From NCBI GenBank assembly GCA_030704615.1, contig CM060734.1, positions 15,872,001 through 15,936,000 of the forward strand: a DNA stretch of 64,000 bases. The letters run 5' to 3'. This document shows positions 35,901-47,396 of the stretch, one piece after another (positions within the stretch are counted from its first letter, which is position 1; each line of letters begins with the position of its first letter). This DNA is from Takakia lepidozioides (taxonomy: Eukaryota > Plantae > Bryophyta). The position numbers and the translations under genes are program-made. Under the pieces are notes generated by a model. That model had not been told where the DNA came from. It saw only the letters and a program-made list of their open reading frames with translations, and did not search any database.

Positions 35901-37120
35901 AGAGAGACAATGACAGGACTCCCAAACTACCTTGCATCAACGCAAGGTTGTTTTGTGAGCTTCATACGTTCAAAAAAATAGATCAAAATGACACTGGACT
36001 GTAGCCCAAATCAACCTTGCGTTGACGCAAGGTTGTTTGTGGGGCTTGCAACGGTGGGAATGGAGGCAAAGAGAGATATTGACAGGACTCCCAAACTACC
36101 TTGCATCAATGCAAGGTTGTTTTGTGAGCTTCAAACATTCAAAAAAAGTAGAACAACGACACTCAAGTCGGGCCGAAATCAACCTTGTGTTGACGCAAGG
36201 TTCATTCTTGGGCATGCAAGTGTGGGAACGGCAACAAAAATAGGCATTGACATGACTTGCAAACAACCTTGTGTCAACGCAAGGTTGTTTTTCGAGCTTC
36301 AATACTTGGTGACAATCATTCAAAGGGCACTCCATTCAACCATGCGGCACTCCATTCAAAGGGCACTCCATTTTGTGTGTCTGTATCTGTCATCTGAATC
36401 AACCTTGCATTGACGCTAGGTTGATTGAGGGGTTGCACAAGACAACCATCTTATTGTCCGTCATTCATGACTCGGGCATTCCCGCTAGCAACAAATCGAC
36501 CTTACGTTGACGCAAGGTGGATTGGGATCTACCATACAGACTGAATCACTACTGTCGTTGAAAAACTAAGGCAAGTGGAACGACAAACATACCTCGGCTT
36601 GCTTCTTCGCAGCGCTCAAAGATGCATCTCCCTCCTGACTCGTCTCCTTCACTTCGTGTGGGAGGACAAGTCCCAGAAGATCGGGCTGGTGGGTGACAAA
36701 ACCACGAACTTTATCCGGCGGTGTCTCTTCCATTATGGGGACTACTTGAGACTGTTGTTGGAGGCGGGTCCAGACGTCCTTCTCTCCGCCCTCAAAAGAT
36801 TGTAGCTTGCTGGGCTCCTCCTGCACCGCGCCTAAACCCTCTGGAGACTGCCGCGCAACTGTTCCTCCGGCCTCTCCCTCTCCTGGCCTCTCCCTCTCCG
36901 GTGTCCTCTCCCAACATGAGTTCCCTTCGGATCTTTTTCATTCTCTCCTTCGCCCGTAATCTTTGTTTGTTAGATGTGAAGTACAGAGTTCAGCGGCACC
37001 TTCTTCTAGCTCGAGAGGGAGTCTCGCTATCGACAGGATCCAGGATTGCAGCTAGCGAGGAAAAATGTGGTGCGAGAAAGAGGGAATGCACTTGCCTCTC
37101 CGCCGCCCCTACAACGCCAA
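32955..37120 (-). pseudogene. 5' exons of ParB-MTase gene, copy 2
   Basis: KASTKVFMGKMFFVWDGNRRLLAWMDYI (ParB/Srx-like); RFEMDNHRKNLLSAFDKQIR... and WNNCFFREFERDKGISRS exons match copy 1; 5' end approximate. Confidence 0.8.
35400..36520. repeat. Intronic ~169-bp tandem repeat, two AACCTTGCGT-NN-ACGCAAGGTT palindromes per unit
   Basis: Palindromes at ~35400, 35484, 35590, 35676, 35760, 35844, 35928, 36013, 36098, 36181, 36266, 36401, 36498; centres alternate CA/TG in the regular core. Confidence 0.93.
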
Positions 37121-37681
37121 GATGCCAGCTTCGTTGAGAAGCGGCATGGTGGCGTGGAGCATCTGCATGCAAGACACTTCGTCCTTGGGCGGTTCAGAGT
37201 CGCGCTAAAATAAGGATGTATAAAATTGGCGTACGCGCGCACCTACTATCATCAACCGTACACAAGTGGAATTTTTGGTTGTCACTTCAGTGGTGGAGTC
37301 TTCTCCACGTCCCCTAATCATTCAAAATATTGACGGGCAAAACAATTTCATCCTAGCTGCTTTTCATCTTCAGTTATGACACATCACAACTTAAGATAGA
37401 ATGAACAGGTGGCTGGACGGCTGGTGTCTGTAAAAAACCATTGGATACAGGCAGTTAATGGTTACATAGGATACCTTGTCAGTTAGGTAATGTGGATGGA
37501 TGAGGATAGATGGCCTGGTGCACAGTGAAATGATGCCAGCCGTGCATCGGCGGTGACATTCCTGTCTGGGCCCTTCAAGCATGTTGTTTGATGTTATCCA
37601 CAGACGTACGGCTCATTGCTCGTTGCTCCAGTGCTGGCACACTTTGTTGGACACTATACCCATACTCTTCTCTGCTTTGCG

Positions 37682-38845
37682 AATGGCTCTCACAGGTGAG
37701 TTGGTAAAATTCTATTGTGCTTACAAATCGCTCCCCCTCACCAAAGTGCCTGACGCCAATGGGATGGCAACCGTGGGGGAGGATGTCCTCTGTAGAAGCT
37801 TGGATCTACAAGCTGGAACTGAGCATGTGGAGAAAGAAGTGCACGACTCCGCCGGTGGGGTCGACAGTATGATGATTATGGAGCCATTCGTGTGCGATGA
37901 CCGTATTAGACAATGGAGAGTTTCAGCGGGCACGTACCGCGTGCACGGGGATCAACGACAATCATCTGCAGGTTCAACACTCACACCAGGAACTGCCGCT
38001 TCGGTGGCTCCGGCCTTCACACCTGCTTCGATTAAAAAAGAGGACACCAGCACTTCGACAGCTTTTGTCGATCTCTCAGAAAGCTCGGGTGACGACGACA
38101 TCTCCAAGATTCCACCACCTCCAACATACGTATCTTCTGTCGAAGAACCAGATGTGCAGGAAATAGGCAGTGTCGTTCCAAAGTTGCAGTCTATGAAAGG
38201 CTTGCCAAACTGCAGAAGTGACGTGCGTGGAATTGCGTGGGGGACAATTGATATTGTAAGAGCAAAATACCTTCCCGCAGAATTTGATGGAGATGTGGTT
38301 TTTGAGCTGACACCTCCAACGTCCTGTGGAGGTTTGGCGGGACTCATGCAAGGGATGGACAAGAAGCGCGACGGACACCCTTGGTGTCGAACTAAGACAA
38401 CCAACATACATAACCCTCATGGCTTGTCTTTCTGTAGATCAGTCTGCATTGGGCACCTCCGTTGTGGAAATGAAGTCTGCAACTGCGTGTCATTGAGAGG
38501 TTCCCCAAACGAGATAGAGTGGGAGGGTTGCGCGGATAACCCATTCGAAGCGGGGTGCCCACCTTCTAAAAACACGACGTTGCTCTGCAAATATTGCAAA
38601 ACGGCCCCAACATGCATTGGCACATGCAAGGCCCGCATGTACTATGTGCTCCATCGTTTTCGCAGCCCGACCCGAGCTTGTGTTCATCTCGACAATCATA
38701 CCCACCCCGTATCGAAAGGGGATTGTCGGGAAAGTCTTGAAACAATTCGGGGACTTATACGGCATGAGGTGGAGAATGCTCCTTATGCACCGCCATCTGC
38801 AATTGCACTTTCTGCAAGCAAGAGCTTCTTGCAAAAACACATTCT
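37682..38845 (+). pseudogene. GCM-type transposase, N-terminal half (copy 2; DDE domain missing)
   Basis: ORF 37581..38852: FDGDVVFELTP...MQGMDKKRDGHPWCRTKTTNIHN...CIGHLRC...CKYC...HTHPVSKGD, clearly homologous to 10674..11780; breaks at KSFLQKHI. Confidence 0.85.
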
Positions 38846-40752
38846 CAAATAATGATCAACAAAATGTTCACAGTTTTGGATTAGTTATGATGATACAATC
38901 AACGAATGATGATGCGGTCTTCTCTACAAACAATTGGATTCCTAGCCTACAAGATCATGAAATTGCCTCGGAGTTCATCTCAACATTTAAGAAGGAGCTT
39001 GGTGCTAGACATTCACTCGATACCATATCGCTCATTCCTTCAAGAGATAATCCAATTAAAAAACTTTCAAATATCTTTCATGTAAGACATTTTATAAATT
39101 GGCAACGATGGAGCTCAAGAATCTGGGATCTTGGAAGAAGAGTGTTTTTTAGTGTAAGGACTTCAAGTTTTGCTTAATATATAGGCATAGGACAACATAT
39201 CCCACAGTACATCCGCAGAAGGTGATTTGTTTGTGAGGATGCAAACAGCTAAGTGTGGGAGTATGTCAAATATCCAAAAATCTTAGGGAATTTATATTTT
39301 GACATTGTGACCATTTTGGAGTCCAAAAGATATCCCATAGACATATGTTAGTGTGAATTGGGCTGTAGAAGTTACAATTTGTTGAAACCATCAATATCGA
39401 TTATTTTGGGTTCGACGCCGAACCTTAACCCTTTCAGACCACTATAAGAGGTCCTGGCTTTTTTTACAACAAGGGTAGTTCACACCTGACTTTTCTTACA
39501 CAAAATTTTACACCCTTTAAAATTTCGATGGTGTAGAATGAGCCAGTGTAAGAAAAGCCGCTTCGTGTAGACTAGTCTACACCAAACTCATACCTTCTGT
39601 GGTCAACGGTTGTTGACCGAGAAGGTATCCAACAGTGTACAAGGCTTATCTCACACTGGTGTGAGAATGAGCCATATAGTATAAGTTAATCCACACAATG
39701 GGCTGGAACTATATGATGTGGGATGCTGACTATATATGGTGTGAGAAAGGTTACTGGGCTTATTTTACACTAGTGTAAATTATGTCACATTGGTAGTACA
39801 CGTCGATTAAGGGACTCAAAGGTGGCATGCTGACTAGACATGGTGTGAGAAATGTTACTCGGCTTATTTTACACTAGTGTGGATTATGCCACATTGGTAG
39901 GACAAAGTTTGTTATGTTTATATACAATCAAACCACTTATGTTCAATTGTATTACCATGGAGGTCATGATATTTTCATTTCTTTTGAAATCGATACAATT
40001 GTGAAAGTCATGGCCACAAAGAAACCAAGAAAGTGGATAGTAATTATCCCATGCTTAAAGAACTATTGGATCTTTTGGGTGGATATGAGGCCAATATTGC
40101 CAAAGTGATGATAGCGAATAATTTACAGCCAATTGATCTATCTAAGAGCATCATTGATTGTGATGGACTACGTATTACAAATCAGCCAAAAAAAAGGTTG
40201 GAAACTGGTTTTTTCCAACAGACTTTCATTATGAGACTTTTTCCAAGAGTTTCTAGTTTCTTTTTACAAATGATATTTCAATTTGGGAAATTGAGAACCA
40301 ATATAGTTTGGACAATTATCCAATGGGAAATCAAGATTTTGGTAGACTATCCGAGTCTATTGGATGCACAATTGGTGAAGCAACCCGGTCCATCGATTGG
40401 ACAATTGAAGAAAGTGCTTAGCTGGTTTCATGTATGTGGTACCGTTCAAATTTCAAATAATGATCAACAAAATGTTCACAGTTTTGGATTAGTTATGATG
40501 ATACAATCAACGAATGGTGATGCGATCTTCTCTAGAAACAATTGGAATCCTAGCCTACAAGATCATAAAATTGCCTCGGCTGAAATTTCATGTGAGATAT
40601 TTTATAAATTCGCAACGATAGAGCTCAAGAATTTGGGATCCTGGAAGAAGAGTGTTTTTGAGTATAAGGACTTCAAGTTTTGCTTGATATATAGGCATAG
40701 GACAACATATCCCACAGTACATCCGCAGAAGGTGATTTGTTTGCAAGGACGT
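38845..40752 (+). repeat. Unidentified AT-rich segment bounded by a ~300-400 bp direct repeat
   Basis: 38845-39240 matches 40452-40750 (TCAAATAATGATCAACAAAATG...GAAGGTGATTTGTTTG) apart from a ~90-bp indel; internal ~120-bp duplication at ~39715-39900. Confidence 0.7.
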
Positions 40753-40756
40753 TAAC

Positions 40757-42337
40757 CCCGGCTATCAGCGTCACGTCCGTCAGTCCGCGTCAGGTCACGG
40801 CAGACCTGACTCTGATGGGCCCTCCGTCATGTCAGGTTCCGAGAATATTCTAGTAAAAAAAGTACCATGTAGAATATTGCCACTTAAGAAGCCACGTCGT
40901 TGACACGGTGGCGGTGGCAAATACCTTTTGAAAAATAATAAAATGAAAGCGACCGCCAATTCTGGCGGTCGCTTAATATTTCGAAATTTTAAAAATAAGA
41001 GCGACCACCATATTGGCGGTCGCATAATTGTTTTAAAAAACAAAAACAAGATTGGTGGTTGCATTGGCGGTCGCCTAATTTAAAAAGGAAAAACAGCGAC
41101 CTCCATATTGGCGGTCGCATAATTTTTAAAATATATAAAAAATAAGCGACCCGCCATAAGGCGGTTGCTTAATTTTAATAATATATAAGAAACAAGCGAC
41201 CGCCAGAATTGGCGGTCGCTTAATTTTGGGGAAAAAAAAAAAAAAACAAGCGACCGCCATATGGCGGTCGCATAAATACACAAATATATAAAAACCAAGC
41301 GAGGGCCATATCGCGGTTGCTTTATTTTAAAAATATATTAATAAAACCAGCGACCGCCATAATATGGCAGTCGTTTTATTTTTAATATTTAAAAAAAACC
41401 AGCGACCGCCATAATATGACGATCGCTTTATTCTTAAAATATAAAAATATAAGCAAAAATAATAATAATGACTGCCACTCTGGACGGTCGCTTATTTTAA
41501 AGTAAAAAAAATGATGGCGACCGCCAAACTGGGCGGTCGCATAAATTTAAAAATATATAAAATAAAAGCGATCGCCACACTGGCAGTTGCTTAAACTTAA
41601 AAATATAAAGATTAAAAGCGACCGCCGTACTGGCGGTCGCTCTATTTTCAAAATATTAAGAATAAAAGCGACCACCATCTTGGCTGTCGCTTTATTTTTA
41701 ATATATAAAGAAATGAAGCGACCGCCATATTTGCGGTCATGTCATTTTAAAATATAAAAAATAAGCTTCATAATAAATATAAGCGACCGTAATACCGGCA
41801 GTCGCATTATATTTGGAAATAAAAAATATTATTATTTCTTTTGATTTTCAGAAATATTGCGGTCACTTTTATTCTGTATATTTCTAAATTTCAGCGACCG
41901 CCCGTCGACCGCCGCAATATTGGCGGTCGCTTGTGTTTTATAAAAAGTAAAAATAGCGACCGCAGTATGAGCGATCGCTGAATTTTAAAATTATAACAAA
42001 TATGGTTGTACCGCCTTTTTCGGGTGGGCGCTATTAGTCGGTCATATTTTCATTTCACGTTCATTTCACTTTCATCCTTCCTGGAGCATATATAAGGGAG
42101 GAGGGTCACCAAGCTCCTCACTTCTTTTGGCTCAAACACTTGAGGTTGCTTTAGATGTTCTCTTCCTTTGAACAAGAGTATAGCCCAAGAAGAGAGTACG
42201 CATTTTTTGCCGTTGTGGCTTCCACCAAAGCCCACTTCAGCAGATTGTATATGAGCTCAACACTACAACATGCATCGACCCACTTGGGTTGGTGACAGGT
42301 GTAGAAATGTTGGGATGTCGCATCGCAGTCTATATTC
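40757..42337. mobile_element. Second, truncated copy of the hAT element end (inverted relative to 30120-32954)
   Basis: Starts CCCGGCTATCAGCGTCA = reverse complement of the 32954 end; same palindrome array; 41990-42337 matches the reverse complement of 30120-30480. Confidence 0.92.
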
Positions 42338-45300
42338 GGAGGTCGGGAGGGTCGGGCACGGGGTGTATCATCCAAAAAGGGTATGTGTGAGCAATGTAGA
42401 TGGGGTCGTCCGATGGATCTACTTGGGGTTTGGAGGCCCCAGCCTGGGCAAGGAGGTCTGCCTCCTCGTTGCCGATAATTCCCGTATGTGAGCAGACTTT
42501 GAGGAGATGAATGGGTTTATCGATGGTGATAGCGAGGTAGATAATAGCGGATATAAGGTTTCGGTCAGGATGGTGGTGGTGTGAGGAGGGGCAAACTAGA
42601 TGGTTGCGGAGTAAAAAGAGCGAGTTGAGACTGTCAGTGAAAATATAGTATGGCGGTAGAAATGAGACTAATTGTGTCATGGCTTCAAAAATAGCCATCA
42701 GTTCGGCTCGGAGTATGGTTGCGGGGCCTGGGAGGCGGTGGGACGTCCCGGTGCAGGTGGCGGCATGGTACACGCCATATCTGGCAAGGGAGCCAGATTG
42801 GGAGCCATCTGTGTAATGTGAATGGAGTGGGGGGTATTTGAGGGAAGTGGGCCCTAGGTGAACTGGGGGGGCGTCGTGAGAGGTTATAACACAAGTAATG
42901 GGAGGGCGAGGTAGTGACTTGTCCCACATTTTGTTGGTTTTTGGCCTGGGGGGAGGTCTGGTGGGGGGAGTGTGTATCGGCAGGGGTGGGTAAGTGGTAA
43001 GTATCATGTTATGGGCGTCAGATAAAAGAAATTTAAAGCGCGAGGGGAAGTCTGGGGGTATGAGGGGATGTGGGTTATTATGAACCAGCAAAAGAAGGGT
43101 TAGGGTGGGTTCTTTGTGGCGTAGGTATTTAGGGAGGGGCAGATTGCGCGAATAACGTAGTTGGTTGGGTTCAATGGCGGCTAGTGGTATTACCCCCGAG
43201 GGGAGCTGTAGCATGGGGTGTTGTTGTTCAGGTGACTTTTGCTGTGTAAGAATGAGAATGGTGGTGGAGGGGGAGGGGCGTGTGCAGCAAGTCGCGCCCA
43301 TTGAAGGGCTTCGTGTGTGAGGGGTCCGGGTGGCGGGTGGGCTAGGCCCCCGCCCGACCATGTATGTTGCGTAGCGGTGCCATGGGCACCGAATACGCAG
43401 TCTCTAGGGTGTGGGCTGTCAAAGGAAGAGAGTTCAAGGGGACATGTAAGAGGGTCTCGAGTAGTATGAGTGGGTAAGCTGAAAAGAGGTGATGAGAAAC
43501 TTGAGGATGTCGGGGGAGATGGTGCTATGGCAATATGCTTGAGCAAGTTTATGTGGGAGGGGGGGTTTTTTCTTGGGGGTGTCGCATATGTATCTTTCCA
43601 CAAGCCAGCCAACTTTGGTTGCGAAGTGTTGCCTAGGGGGTTGGAGTTGACTGGTGTGGGTGGCGGAGGTGGTATATCTGTCCCAGAGCCAGGCTATCCT
43701 GACATGAGGGATAGACCCGACAAAGTGACCATTAAGCGTATAAATATCGGATATGGTGCGGCTGGGGCATATGATGGGGGAGAATTGGCTGATTCTTTGT
43801 CAGGGTTGCATTCGGAGGTTGTAATATGAATTTTGGGGGCGTCTAGTTGGGTGTGAATGTACCGGGTATCCATCGATTGGGTTTGAGAGACATGGTGTTT
43901 GTGGGTGTGTGCGAGGTATTTGGTGTTGGCGGTTTTATGGAATTTGGTGATAAGCATGCAATTGTGGGCAGGGTCACAATCTGTTTCCAAAAAGGTTGTC
44001 TTCTATTTGCCAAGTGTTATCTTCAATGGGGTAGTCAGCCCATTTACATAGGTAGTATGTATCGACACATGTGGCATGTTTGGGTTTTGATACCTTGGAT
44101 GGCCTCAATAATGAAGGCCTCGGGATGGTCAGGGTTTGTGGATTGAGGGTTGAGCGGGGTGGCGGTAAGGTTCATTGAGCTGGGGGGGGGTATTTTGAGT
44201 AGGGGGGGAGATGTTTGGAGTAGGATAAACAGGGGCGTTGTGGGAGGCTTTGATCTGCTGGAGTATAGAGGTAGTTGGGGCTGTCCTAAATTCTGGGAGG
44301 AGGTCTTGCCGGTTGTGGGGAAAGAGTGGGCACGGGAAATCACATTCGAGGGTACAGGAGGTAGACGGGTGACAACATAGGGAGCGGAGGTGTATCAAAT
44401 ATCTTTGTGTTTTAATGGTGGCCCGGGAATGCTTTAGGGTAAATTGACTAGGGGTTAAGAGACGAATACCAGTGGTTGTGGTGAGTTGGGTGAGGTTAGA
44501 TATATGCCGAGCCTTGAAGTAGGCGAGAATGAGTCTCTTTTGACGGGGGTGTGAAGTTTCGAATTGTGAGAGGCATGGACTTTGGAGACATGCCCGTTCT
44601 AGTGGTGATATAGTGTTGGGGTACCCTGGCAAGTCAGTTTGTATGCTAATCTTCATTTGTCGGAGGAGTGTGCGAGCGGTTGGGGAGTGAAGGCATGACT
44701 GAGGGTGGAGGATGGGAAGGAAATTTAGTCCATTGTATTTAACGGCCATATGTTGAAGAAGCCCCCGAAATATGCACCCTAGGCGACCAGGGTCATTTAG
44801 GGCTTCTTGAATTTGCGAGCCCAGAGTTCATGCATATAAGATAATTAAGGGGCTGGATCCTATGCCATAACTCTCTTGTGGGAGCTGGGTGAGTGCGTTC
44901 GGAGTACTAGTGGGTAGGCCGCATATGCGTTTAGTGAGTTGAATGATATTTTTGTCAAGTAGTCTGATATCAGGCAAAGAGAAGGGGGCCGAAGGAAAAG
45001 CATATTGGACTTGAGGTTTGAGGACTTTTTGGATGATGGCTAGTTTGGGGCGGATGGAGATGGGAGATTTGAGAAGGGCTAGGCTTTTGTTGGTAAGTTT
45101 AGTAAGTGTGGAGGCTTTCTGTATGTGCCATGTAAGCGAGGGAACTAGCTGGATCCCCAGATAGGTGTATGGTTCATCTAGTCCCAAAAATGGAAAAGGT
45201 TTTTGTTGGTAGTGAATGTGAAGTTTGCATCGGGAGGCTATTGTGGATTTCGTAAATTTGTTGTGGTATGTGGCTGCAGTGACTGCGCATTTGTGAAGGC

Positions 45301-45465
45301 TTAGCTCCATTCCGGACCATAAATTGAAACGAGATAGTTTATCGACTTGGCGATTGATATGTTGAGGTTTGTGTGCTAGGATAGCGAGGTCGTCAGCATA
45401 TGCTGCCGCTGATATTTCATTAGGAGATGTTTTGTATTGGTACCCGGAATATGACTCCCTCGTCC
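42338..45465 (-). mobile_element. Non-LTR retrotransposon fragment: RT C-half, chromodomain, RNase H
   Basis: AAYADDLAIL...YTYLGIQL (RT); chromodomain ~43985-44120; YTDGS...ILRAELMAI...IFTDSLNSL...KVCSHTGIIGNEEADLLA (RNase H); multiple frameshifts. Confidence 0.92.
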
Positions 45466-47396
45466 GCTGATGTCCATTGAGGACTTGCCTGATCTCCAAG
45501 ATGATCTTGGAACTTCCATGACCTCATCTGAGTCCGACAGGTTCTGAACAACCTGGTTCTCGCTCATCTTCATTGATGGGGGAGGCTTTGGATTAACTTC
45601 GTTGCGGATTCCTCTCTTTGAGGTACCAACTCTCAGATTCGCGGATTCTTTCGTGGAAGGCGGCAGGAAAGAAGGCACATTTGGCGGGCAAATGAAGTCC
45701 CCAACAACCCTGTATATGACAATGTCCGATGGTGGAACTCATCATTCCCTGCCGTCGCCAAAATCATCGTGGAGCACAACGATACTTTTGACTACAACTC
45801 CATTTGGATCCTTCCTTTCCTCCTCCAGGAATACTGACCCCGGTTTCAGGTGGTATCGGACGAAGAGATATTTCTCCATAACCCAACAGATTCCCCCTGT
45901 GCATCGAAATGTAGCTTTGTGCTCGTGAGGAGGGCAGTACACTATAGCGCTCGAGTTTTCAGCCATGGGAGATGTGCACAGATGACTACGCGCAAGGCGG
46001 TCGGGCAAGCGCCCTGGGAGAAGCGGGTAGCGACGCAAAGCAATGCAGGGCTGATCTGGAGGAGCGAGGAAGCCTATTCACGAATCCGACGAGCCCACAC
46101 TCCCAAAAATCCACTGTCAGAGTTTTCATGAACCTTGTCTCTGAAATGCGGCCCCTGCCCTTTGCGCAATAACTGCCAACGGTATGCAGTCAGAAGGCTG
46201 CAGACCTGTGCAGGTGCCCTGCGCAAACCAATAATTGCGGCATCTGACGAGAAGTGTGGGGGGGCGAGCGTGCAAGCACCTTCCCGATGGACAAAGGGAA
46301 TTGAAAGAGATGTGGCATTCCAGAGGGTCTGATTACTTGAGTGCTGGACCCACTCAGGCAAAAGTCAAAATTCAACATTACACAAAAAATGGAACTTTGG
46401 TTCAAAGGAAAAATTTTAATCATATAATGAACTGTGACAAGTATGCATGCCCTCACAAGCCGAGGTAAGCCAAAAGTATGCATGCAATCCATGCTCAGCT
46501 AAGTTGGGAATTTGCTGCCATGTTGCACTGTTGTCACCAAGAAGCTGGAACCACGATTGGCCTCTCAACAAGCTCATGACTCATAGGGTGTCGGTAAGTG
46601 AAGACAATGGATGCAGCCCGCTCCCCTTTGGTGTAGTGGACAACGGTGTCATGTCCTCCGATATATGCACCATCGTAAATGGAGATCTTTGTTGTGGAGA
46701 CTCTATGTCCATAGGACTCATCCTCGTAGCTTATGGGAATGTCCCCATAGACTGTTTGCGAGGGAATCCTCTGAGGCCTGTACGTACACCCGATGCAATC
46801 GTCGTAGGCCCACTGGCAGCACCTCCAATGATATAGGAAGGCCATGCGGCTTTTGGGGATGTCCCGTGCAGGCGGATACTACTGATCGACGATGCGCAGG
46901 CACCAGAGCCGCGCAAGCCCGTCCCCGCGAGGCTGATCGTGGAAGCTAGGCAGGTACTCTAGAGCGGACAGGCTCACCCGCCTCTGCTGAGACTGGTCTA
47001 TCCAATCCTGCAAGAATATAAAAATGTCCCCTGACCTGGGCGAGGAGTTCCACGGGGTGAGACCCCCGTTGGGGCAAATGTTGGGATCTCGACACGCCGT
47101 CGCCGAGTAGTGAAAGGGTTGCCAGGAAGCAGAGAGGGAGCGCAAGGAAGCAAACCCGGGAGTGTGGGAGGAGATCCAGTGGGAGGAGCTCAGAGCGAGG
47201 AACTGGTCTTGCTGGCTCGATTTGAAACGTAGTGGGTGTAGGGGAAATTTGGACAATTGGCAAACAAATGCGCAACATTTAATATGCCCGTACCCAGGAA
47301 TGAGGCGCAGCATTTACTTCATGGTCGGCTCCATAAAACCGCGTCTCGTGAAAGAACTCCTGGGGGGAGATGGCGCCAACATGTTCATCCAAGTCG

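Larger units (their letters stand above)
18341..38845. mobile_element. Mutator-like GCM-DDE element, copy 2 (diverged paralogue), split by the hAT insertion and truncated in the transposase
   Basis: MTase exons 19250-20879 continue at 32955 across the 8-bp TSD; ParB exon ~34710-35320; transposase 5' half 37682-38845; candidate terminus GCTAGTCCGTGAGCGGCTCACG at 18341. Confidence 0.75.

Noticed and set aside
35400-36520. CRISPR-like 22-26 bp palindromes at regular spacing
   Set aside because: Intervening sequences alternate between two repeated types, so this is a tandem repeat; no cas genes
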